From an uncultured bacterium (GTDB lineage Bacteria; Patescibacteriota; Minisyncoccia; Phycocordibacterales; CAIZLB01): a stretch of 64,000 nt of DNA. Position 1 is the stretch's first letter. Each line of letters opens with the position of its first letter. The stretch spans positions 1,453 to 65,452 of the forward strand of contig CAIJKW010000018.1 of assembly GCA_903821355.1 (NCBI GenBank). The letters run 5' to 3'. Under the pieces are notes generated by a model. That model had not been told where the DNA came from. It ran no database searches and saw only the letters and a list, made by a program, of their open reading frames with translations. The position numbers and the translations under genes were made by a program. Below are positions 49,514 to 57,568 of the stretch, in pieces.

Positions 49514-52048
49514 TTAATCTTCCTCGACCTTATTTTCTATTATATCAGAGTTTCCTGAAGAAGTGTTATATTCTGTGCTTTCTGCTTCGGACGACCTTGT
49601 CATGTTGCCGTTTGCATTACTATTGTAGCTGTTGTCTAAAATATCATTTCCATTTGAGCCTCCATTCTGGGTGTTGTTTTGGCCACCATTTTGACCACCC
49701 TGCTGATTTCCGCCATAGCTTAGTATTTCTCTTGGTTTCGAGCCGTCAGAAGCCCCGATAACTCCCTTATCTTCAAGAATATCCATAAGCCTAGCTGCAC
49801 GAGCATATCCAATCCTCAACTTTCTTTGAAGATATGAAGTTGAAGCGCGCCCCGCTTCTATAACAAGCTGTTTTGCTTCATCGTACAAATCATCCTCGTC
49901 CTCATCATCAGATCCTCCAAAAGATGAACTAAATACAGCATCTGGAGTAGGGGATGCACCTTGCTCGCCATTAAATGATATTTCTTGAGGCAATGAATCA
50001 GTGGAATCTATTAAGTATTTAACCAATTTCTTTGTCTCGTTCTCTGTAACATAGGCACATTGAATTCTAATTGGTGTTGGTATATCTCCTGAAAGATAAA
50101 GCATATCTCCAGCACCCAAGAGTTCTTCAGCTCCTCTCATATCAAGAATGGTCCTTGAGTCAATTTGCGATGCAACCTGAAGTGCGATACGCGCAGGAAC
50201 GTTTGCCTTAATAAGACCTGTAATAACGTTAACAGAGGGACGCTGTGTTGAAATAATAAGGTGAATTCCAACAGCTCTAGACATTTGAGCTAGCTTAACG
50301 ATCCCAGACTCTAATTCTCTAGGATATGCTTGCATAATATCTGCCAACTCGTCCAAAACAATAACTATATAAGGCATTGTTTCAGGCGCTTCTTCACCTG
50401 CAATATAGCCATCGCTCTTCCTTCTGTCTAAAAGAGGTTTCAATATGTTCTTATGATATGAATCGATGTCTCTGATCCCGTTCTTTTCTAGTATATTGTA
50501 TCTCCTTTCCATTTCTTTTGCCGCCCATTTAAGTGAAAGGATAGACTTCTTAGCGTCAGTAATAACAGGAGTTAGAAGATGGGGAATCTTGTTATACATT
50601 GTCAACTCAACTCTCTTAGGGTCAATCATGATGAATTTAAGATTGTCAGATGAGTTCTTGTACAAAAGGGAAGCGATAATTGCGTGAATTGTAACTGATT
50701 TTCCAGACCCTGTTGCTCCAGCGATAAGCATGTGAGGTGCTTTGGCGAGGTTGGTAAAATATGACCTTCCCGAGATACCTTTTCCTAAGGCAACCATAAG
50801 AGGCTTTTCTGATTTTTGATATTCCTCTTGGGCCAAAAGAGAGCCAAGTCCAACTGTTGTTTTGATGGTGTTTGGAATTTCAATTCCGACAAGTGACTTA
50901 CCAGGGATTGGCGCTTCAATTCTTATTGGGTGTGCAGCGAGTGCAAGGGAGAGGTTGTTCTGAAGTCCTAGAATTTTTGAAAGCTTAACACCTTCTGCTG
51001 GCTTAAGAGCATATCTTGTAACTGATGGTCCGATTGAAACTTCATCCATCTCTACATCTATTCCAAAGTTTTGCAGAGTTCTTTTTATTATATTTGCATT
51101 TGCTTTGATGTCTCCAACTCCAGGCTTACCTTTGTCTTGTTCTAATATAGAAAGTGGGGGAGGAACAAAAGCTTTTCCACTCCATGTGCTTTTTGCTTTT
51201 AGATCAATTGAGTCATCTTCTTTTTCTTTTGACGATTTTCCATCCGCTCCATTTACTTTATTTTGATCTTGATGGTTTATGTTTCCTGAGGCTCCATCTT
51301 TGCCACTATCTGCATTTCCTGGTTTTGATGTCGCAGCATCCAGTACCGCCTTGTTTCCAATAGCACTAGCTTCCGCATCTTTAATTGATTTAGAAATCTT
51401 CTCATCTTCCGTCGCTTTTATTACCCCATCAGCTGAGCCTGCCTCTGCTTCAATATTTGATTTTTTGCTAAACAATTTCCAAAACATTAAGTGCTCTTTT
51501 TTGATTGATGAGTCATATATAATGAGTATTGATATCAATGAAAGTGCGATTGTGATTACATAGCTAGTTGGATAATCAAAAAGCTTAACTAGGGGAATTG
51601 CAACTATCTTTCCAATGAAACCTCCGCTGTCTAGGTTGATCAAACTTATTATACCCAAAGATGATAGTAGGAATAGTAGGGCACCTAGTGATTTTGATAG
51701 ATAAAACTTCCTGTTTCTCTCTCCAAAAAAGGCAACAGATAGTAGTATAAAGGTTAATGGTATTAGATAGTATCCAAGACCTAGAAGTTGGGACAATGCA
51801 TTGTATATTGCGCTCCCTGCAGATCCACCTCTGTTCAATGAAGCAAAAAGAAAGAATATTGCCAATACAAACATGGTAATACCCCAAACACTTTGTATAG
51901 TGCTGGATTTAAGTACTTTTTGCTCCACCACTCCTTCTTCTGTGGACAACTTATAAGGACCCCTTTTGTTATCTCTGGTGGTATCCCTTGAGTTATCTCT
52001 TTTGTATTCATTATCTTTTTTGTATTTTTTCTTATCTCGATTTGCCAT
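49514..52048 (-). CDS. ftsK: DNA translocase FtsK
   Basis: N-terminal TMs, GPSVTRY, IRIEAPIPGK, PHMLIAGATGSGKS, gamma domain LQRKLRIGYARAARLMD. Confidence 0.97.
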   Translation of the reverse strand: MANRDKKKYKKDNEYKRDNSRDTTRDNKRGPYKLSTEEGVVEQKVLKSSTIQSVWGITMFVLAIFFLFASLNRGGSAGSAIYNALSQLLGLGYYLIPLTFILLSVAFFGERNRKFYLSKSLGALLFLLSSLGIISLINLDSGGFIGKIVAIPLVKLFDYPTSYVITIALSLISILIIYDSSIKKEHLMFWKLFSKKSNIEAEAGSADGVIKATEDEKISKSIKDAEASAIGNKAVLDAATSKPGNADSGKDGASGNINHQDQNKVNGADGKSSKEKEDDSIDLKAKSTWSGKAFVPPPLSILEQDKGKPGVGDIKANANIIKRTLQNFGIDVEMDEVSIGPSVTRYALKPAEGVKLSKILGLQNNLSLALAAHPIRIEAPIPGKSLVGIEIPNTIKTTVGLGSLLAQEEYQKSEKPLMVALGKGISGRSYFTNLAKAPHMLIAGATGSGKSVTIHAIIASLLYKNSSDNLKFIMIDPKRVELTMYNKIPHLLTPVITDAKKSILSLKWAAKEMERRYNILEKNGIRDIDSYHKNILKPLLDRRKSDGYIAGEEAPETMPYIVIVLDELADIMQAYPRELESGIVKLAQMSRAVGIHLIISTQRPSVNVITGLIKANVPARIALQVASQIDSRTILDMRGAEELLGAGDMLYLSGDIPTPIRIQCAYVTENETKKLVKYLIDSTDSLPQEISFNGEQGASPTPDAVFSSSFGGSDDEDEDDLYDEAKQLVIEAGRASTSYLQRKLRIGYARAARLMDILEDKGVIGASDGSKPREILSYGGNQQGGQNGGQNNTQNGGSNGNDILDNSYNSNANGNMTRSSEAESTEYNTSSGNSDIIENKVEED

Positions 52049-52243
52049 ATTCCCTTTATTTTAACACGTATTATCTTAGGTTAAAAATTAATGCAAATTA
52101 AAACACGATGTCCTATACTATGGGACTTGTCAGATGTGCTGACTTATATATAATGTCTTTGAACTTGCCAGTCAGTTTTGACTTTTTGGGCAAATCTATT
52201 AAAGACAAAATTGAGGGGTAGTTAAAAGACATAATAAAAGACT

Positions 52244-53170
52244 ATGAATAACCTATCAGACAATGATTCAAATAAGGGGGTGGACAAGACACTAGATTTA
52301 ACTTCTTTGAGTTTTTTTAATTCTGACCCATATTTCAACTTTGTATATAAGAAATCAGAAAGGCTTTGCATGGCAATCTATTTGATAACAGACTTCTTTC
52401 CCGTTAAAGATTCTATAAAGGACAATATGAGAAAGGCTGGTACAGATCTAATTAAAATTTCATTGTCCTTAATAACAGCGTCATCTTCCTACAGGAAGGA
52501 CATCTTAAATGATATTAGTCGTATTTGTTTGGAGGTTGTTTCTTTATCTAAGGTGGCATCTAACTTAGGTATGACATCATTACCAAATCACAATGTACTA
52601 GAAAGTGAAATTAAAAATTTTATTGGAGTTATAGAAGAGAGGGAAATGCCAAGTACAACAGGACAAGGTTTTGTCCTTAATGAAGAAATACTTGGAACAA
52701 GAACATGTGATATTTCTGATATAACTCAAATTGCAAGACAAGATCCTTTACCACAATCTTACACGTCAAAATCCTACTATCATGTTGAAGAAAAAACTGA
52801 GGTCAAAATGAACACTCAAGTAGGGGATTCATCGGGATTGGATAAGAAGGTTGTACAAGTTAAAGATCTGTCAAAACCGCAAGATGTTTCAAAACATGGA
52901 AATGTGGTAAAAACTCAAAATAATCTAGGTAGCACAGGTAGTGGTACAAATACTGTTGTTGGTACAAAGTCTGTAATGCAAAAAAATGAGAGACAGCAAA
53001 TCATATTGGATATAATTAAAGAAATAGGAGAGTCTTCAATTAAAGACATATCTGACAATATAAAGGATTGTAGTGAAAAGACTATTCAAAGAGAGCTTAA
53101 TACTCTTATATATGACGGTGTCCTTAAAAAGATAGGGGAAAGGCGTTGGAGCAAATATGTTTTAGCTTAG
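52244..53170 (+). CDS. putative DNA-binding protein: helical N-domain, disordered linker, C-terminal DeoR-like winged HTH
   Basis: ERQQIILDIIK...SIKDI...CSEKTIQRELNTLI...LKKIGERRWSKY. Confidence 0.75.
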   Translation: MNNLSDNDSNKGVDKTLDLTSLSFFNSDPYFNFVYKKSERLCMAIYLITDFFPVKDSIKDNMRKAGTDLIKISLSLITASSSYRKDILNDISRICLEVVSLSKVASNLGMTSLPNHNVLESEIKNFIGVIEEREMPSTTGQGFVLNEEILGTRTCDISDITQIARQDPLPQSYTSKSYYHVEEKTEVKMNTQVGDSSGLDKKVVQVKDLSKPQDVSKHGNVVKTQNNLGSTGSGTNTVVGTKSVMQKNERQQIILDIIKEIGESSIKDISDNIKDCSEKTIQRELNTLIYDGVLKKIGERRWSKYVLA

Positions 53171-53336
53171 TTTTATATAAAACTTACTATGGCGATGGGT
53201 AAAAACTGATAGTAATTGAGAGACCGTGTCTTTTATGGTTCAAAAAGTCATATAAAAGACATGGTGATTTTTGCTTTGAGTTTCAAAAAGTCCTTAATTG
53301 AAAAGCTTAAACAGAATTTGACACTTTTAATAATTG

Positions 53337-53365
53337 TTGACTATATAGGCGTTTTTCTGTAATAT
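53337..53365 (+). promoter_or_regulatory. sigma70-type promoter upstream of the surface-protein gene
   Basis: TTGACT-17-TAATAT. Confidence 0.55.
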
Positions 53366-53783
53366 TACTGACTGTACACCGTCATTATGTGTACAGGCGC
53401 AGATTGGGGCTTATTTTAGTAACCATGTTGCAAACTAAGGCCCTTAAGGATATCGTTAAATAGCCTGGTACTTTGACAAATCAATAGATAGTTTCTCATA
53501 ATCAGTAATTCCGCCAATTATCCTCCAATTCAGACTGACGGCATCCCAAATGACATAGTCCAGTTATTCCGTTGATTCCTGTGAAAACAGTGGGTCAACA
53601 AGTGCGAATCCGTAGAGATACTCAATTTAAATTTAATTACTAAAAATATTTAACTTTTTGTTTAGTGTCTTTACGGGTTCGTACGGTTAGTATTAAAAAC
53701 CCGAGGATATTCTATTCCACACATTATTAATTTTAAAAGTTAAGTGGATGAAAATATCTTTAATAAATTTTATAAAAATTCAT

Positions 53784-55655
53784 ATGAAAAAGATTTCTTC
53801 AATAATCGTAATGTTGGCTCTTGCATTCGCTCTTACTGTTACAGTATCAGCTGATTCAGGATACTCATTTACAAAGACTCTTAAATTAGGCTCAAGAGGT
53901 GCAGATGTTTCTGCTCTTCAAACAGTTCTAGTTTCCAAAGGTCTTCTAACTATGCCTGCAGGTGTAGCTATGGGATACTACGGATCATTAACAGTGTCAG
54001 CTGTAAAGGCATACCAAGCTTCAAAGGGTATCTCAACAGTAGGACAAGTTGGACCAGCTACTCGCGCAGCATTGAATGCTGAAGGAGCAGTTGTTTCAAC
54101 TAACGTTGCAGGTTGTGTTGCAGGTGCATTGTTCAGTTCAGTAACTGGACAACCTTGTACTACAACTTCAACAGGTGGAACAACATCTACAGTAGGAATC
54201 ACAACTCCTGGAGTTGCAGGAACACTTGATATTGCAAGAGGTTCAGCTGTAGGAAATGGAACAACATACAATGATGGTCAATCAGGTTCTATTATATCTT
54301 ATGACCTTAAGGCTGGAGCTTCAGATGAAGCTGTTACAGCTTTGAGTGTTGATTTCAGTGTAAGACCATGGTTGTACGTATCATCACTTTCTTTTGTTAA
54401 TCAACAAACTGGTGCAACAATTGCAACAGTTTCAGGCCTAACAGCTGCTAATTTCACAGAAATTACAGTAGGAAGTGAGTACAGAATAACTGTTCCTGTA
54501 ACAGGAATGATTGTTCCAAAAGGACAAAGAGTTACTGTAATAGTAAATGCTACTATGGCAGGCTCAAACAGAACTGGCCCAGTTAATGTTTTTATGACAA
54601 GAGCTGAGGCTAGAGCTGTTGATGGAACAGGGGTTACAACTACAAGTCAATTACTTGCACAAACAGATAAATTTGTTTATGGAGGTGTATCAAACTCAGC
54701 TTTGATTACAACTCTTGATGTAAGTTCACCACAATCATCAATTATCCAAACAAGTGTTTCTGCTGTAACAAACAATGTTTCTCTTGCGGTATATAGCTTC
54801 AAGTCACAAAACATTGCTTCTACATTGCAACAAATTGCTATGAAGATTAGTACAGCTACTTCAGGTGCTGCTTATGCTCCAGAAAATGTATTCCAAAACG
54901 TACAATTGGTTTCAGGATCAACTGTTCTTTCTAATGGTACATTCGGAACATCTGCAAATGGTTCAACCACTGTAACATTTAACAACTTCAACCTAAATCT
55001 TCCACAAGATGTTTATGTTCCTGTTAAAGTTATAGCTTCAGTACAAAAGAATGTAAGTGGCGTTACAGCTTCAACAAGTCTTACTGTAAACAGTACAAAT
55101 CTTGTTGGAATTGATGCTAACTCAAATAGTTTGACTGTTAATAGTTCAGGAACTGTAATCTCAAGTGCGATATTACAATTCTCAGCTTCAGGAGCTACTT
55201 TGACAGCACCTTCATTCAGTATTACACCTCCATTATCTAACAGTACTGGAATCTACAAGACAGCAATCTTTAGTGGTGCATTTACTCTTACAGCTGGAAA
55301 CAATCCAATCTATGTAAGTAGAACACCTGCAACTGCTTTGACTGCAACTTCATCAAACGTAGCTTCTTCAACAGCTACTCTTGACAGTATCGGAGCTGGA
55401 AATGTTTTGAGTAACGATCCAACAGGATTCTACCAAATAACTCCAGGTCAATCACGTACATTTAGTTTCAGTGGTACATTGACAAACACTTCGACAACTA
55501 CAGGAAATGTATCTAATGCCACAGCTGGTATTACTACAATATACTTTACTGACGATACAGGTACAGCACAAAAGTCATCTATATCAACTGGTCTAGATGC
55601 ACTTAATGCATACTTTGGTGTTGTTAACTCACGTGTAACTCTAGGAACTCTATAG
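53784..55655 (+). CDS. secreted S/T/G-rich surface (S-layer-like) protein with N-terminal peptidoglycan-binding domain
   Basis: signal peptide (..VSA), LKLGSRGADVSALQ...GYYGSLTVSAVKAYQ...VGPATRAALN; strongly biased codons. Confidence 0.85.
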   Translation: MKKISSIIVMLALAFALTVTVSADSGYSFTKTLKLGSRGADVSALQTVLVSKGLLTMPAGVAMGYYGSLTVSAVKAYQASKGISTVGQVGPATRAALNAEGAVVSTNVAGCVAGALFSSVTGQPCTTTSTGGTTSTVGITTPGVAGTLDIARGSAVGNGTTYNDGQSGSIISYDLKAGASDEAVTALSVDFSVRPWLYVSSLSFVNQQTGATIATVSGLTAANFTEITVGSEYRITVPVTGMIVPKGQRVTVIVNATMAGSNRTGPVNVFMTRAEARAVDGTGVTTTSQLLAQTDKFVYGGVSNSALITTLDVSSPQSSIIQTSVSAVTNNVSLAVYSFKSQNIASTLQQIAMKISTATSGAAYAPENVFQNVQLVSGSTVLSNGTFGTSANGSTTVTFNNFNLNLPQDVYVPVKVIASVQKNVSGVTASTSLTVNSTNLVGIDANSNSLTVNSSGTVISSAILQFSASGATLTAPSFSITPPLSNSTGIYKTAIFSGAFTLTAGNNPIYVSRTPATALTATSSNVASSTATLDSIGAGNVLSNDPTGFYQITPGQSRTFSFSGTLTNTSTTTGNVSNATAGITTIYFTDDTGTAQKSSISTGLDALNAYFGVVNSRVTLGTL

Positions 55656-55705
55656 TAACTAAGGTTTAACGTTTGCTAAAATACTAATTAAGTATCTAAG
55701 TAAAT

Positions 55706-55741
55706 TAACAAAAACCACCTCGCAAGGGGTGGTTTTTGTTA
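55706..55741 (+). terminator. intrinsic terminator
   Basis: taacaaaaaccacctc-gcaa-ggggtggtttttgtta. Confidence 0.85.
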
Positions 55742-55974
55742 TGTCAAAAATTACGACAATTAATATTCTATAGATAATATTTTTCACAATATCCCATTGC
55801 TAAGATTATTGTCATTACTACTTATGGGTATATAATTAATTAGGCATAGATCTTTACAAGATTCTTTATTGTATTAATTGAAAGATTAAGACAATAAATT
55901 TGCCAAATTTTCGAAGTATGTGTCTAGGTTAGTTTTTGAAATTCAAACCAATTGCAATCAAACAATCAGAAAAC

Positions 55975-56235
55975 ATGAAATATCTATTACTGCCGGTGGT
56001 AATGCTGATTAAGTTGTATACATTGGGCGTCGTGAGACTTTCCGAGTATATCCTTGGACATTCAAAATCTTTGGTGCCTTGGTCAGAGCTTGGCTGGCAC
56101 GATGTTCACGATTTCTTTATCAGCTGTCTCGTTTCTGCTTTCACTGTCTTTTCGATTTTCTTCATCGCCTTTATCTGCATGTTGACTATTGAAGATATAG
56201 ACATCGCTGGAGATTTGGAAAAACCCAAAATCTAG
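55975..56235 (+). CDS. small hypothetical membrane protein
   Basis: 86 aa with two hydrophobic segments. Confidence 0.5.
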   Translation: MKYLLLPVVMLIKLYTLGVVRLSEYILGHSKSLVPWSELGWHDVHDFFISCLVSAFTVFSIFFIAFICMLTIEDIDIAGDLEKPKI

Positions 56236-56312
56236 AACCTCTAACTCTTTCTTAATTCCAACCCACTGCCGACCATCGTGTCGGCAGTAATTTTTGTGAT
56301 TATGCATAATCA

Positions 56313-56345
56313 CCCCGTGGCGATTTTGAAGAATCGCCTACCGGG
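56313..56345. repeat. REP-like palindromic repeat copy 4
   Basis: ccccgt-ggcgattt-tgaa-gaatcgcc-taccggg. Confidence 0.8.
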
Positions 56346-56362
56346 TGCTATAATATCAAGTA

Positions 56363-56455
56363 ATGTTTGATAAAACTTCATTCACATTAATCATAGGATT
56401 CTTGTTAATTCTACTCTTTGGCTTCGGCATCTTTATTGCTTCAGCAAATCTTTGA
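56363..56455 (+). CDS. 30-aa single-TM small protein (not in ORF track)
   Basis: MFDKTSFTLIIGFLLILLFGFGIFIASANL*; preceded by TGcTATAAT-N8-ATG. Confidence 0.6.
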   Translation: MFDKTSFTLIIGFLLILLFGFGIFIASANL

Positions 56456-56522
56456 GGTTGAATGTGTCTAAATTTAGAATTTAGAATTTTAAATTTGACA
56501 GATAAATTGTTTTTGATATTAT

Positions 56523-56691
56523 ATAGATACAAATGGGATGTCCCACCCGCCCGAGCTCCAAAAGAGCTCGGGCTTAAGGTTTGTCTATTTTATAAGATTT
56601 CTTACGGACGTTCCCGTTTTCCCTTTGTTAACTGGAATTTGCAAGAAAGGGCCTTCACTTGTAAATAGTTATTTACAAGTCGTCTTTTTTT
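56523..56691 (+). ncRNA. candidate structured ncRNA upstream of AbiE
   Basis: TTGACA(56495)-16-TATTAT promoter; several stems; terminal acttgtaaata/tatttacaagt hairpin + T tract. Confidence 0.45.
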
Positions 56692-56953
56692 ATAAAATAA
56701 CCAAGAAAATAAGGGTTGTTTAGAATTTGACTTGTTTCTATGACTCAATAAATGAATAAGTCTTATTATCAAAAATGGGTAATAATAAAAAATACCAGTC
56801 TTTAGACCTTTGTTCATAGAGGTTTAAAGAATGTCGCATTATCAAAGGCTATGATAATAGAAAAATAGACCTAGTCAATTATAGTGAAACGTAGTTCTAT
56901 AGAAGTCACTCGTTGACTTGGCATTTCAGATATGATACACTATTGTTATAATT

Positions 56954-57568
56954 ATGAAAAGCAAGAATAACCTTATAGAACAGTTAAAAACCTTACCCCA
57001 CTTCAATAAAAACACCATTCATCAGCTTGGGGTACGGTTGGGGTTAAGGGATTCAACGATTGATGTTTATATTAGTCGCTTTTTGAAGTATAAGGAAATT
57101 TATAAGCTTAAAAATGGATTATATGTATCTACTGATTTCTTTGACAAGAATAAAAATGATATTTCTTATTCATTTTACCTTGCTAATATACTTCGTACAC
57201 CATCGTATGTAAGTTCATGGGCAGCACTTCAGTATTATAATTTAACCACAGAAGCTATTCATTCAATTACTTCAGTTACACAGAAAGTGACAAAAGAATA
57301 TCAGACAAGAGCAGGAAATTTTGCATACCAGTCTATAAATAAAGAATTTTTTTCTGATTTCTCGCTTGTAAAAGGAAAGTTTGATTTTTTCATTGCGTCT
57401 CCTTCAAAGGCATTGTTTGATCTATTGTATTTCAGAACTAATCAGTTTAGAGGGCTTTCAATACAAAATATTAAAGCAATAGTAGAGGAGTTACGGATAG
57501 ATATCGATGAGATGGACAAAGAAGAACAGTCAAAATTTTATTTAATGATTAAAAAAACAAATGAGTAA
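56954..57568 (+). CDS. type IV TA antitoxin AbiEi-like
   Basis: KLKNGLY, PSYVSSWAALQYYNL, ITSVT, IASPSKALFDLLY; overlaps the next gene by 8 nt. Confidence 0.88.
   Translation: MKSKNNLIEQLKTLPHFNKNTIHQLGVRLGLRDSTIDVYISRFLKYKEIYKLKNGLYVSTDFFDKNKNDISYSFYLANILRTPSYVSSWAALQYYNLTTEAIHSITSVTQKVTKEYQTRAGNFAYQSINKEFFSDFSLVKGKFDFFIASPSKALFDLLYFRTNQFRGLSIQNIKAIVEELRIDIDEMDKEEQSKFYLMIKKTNE

Noticed and set aside
56462-56817. Small ORFs 56462-56668, 56538-56723 and 56602-56817
   Set aside because: Mutually overlapping and motif-free; the region is better explained as promoter plus structured RNA.
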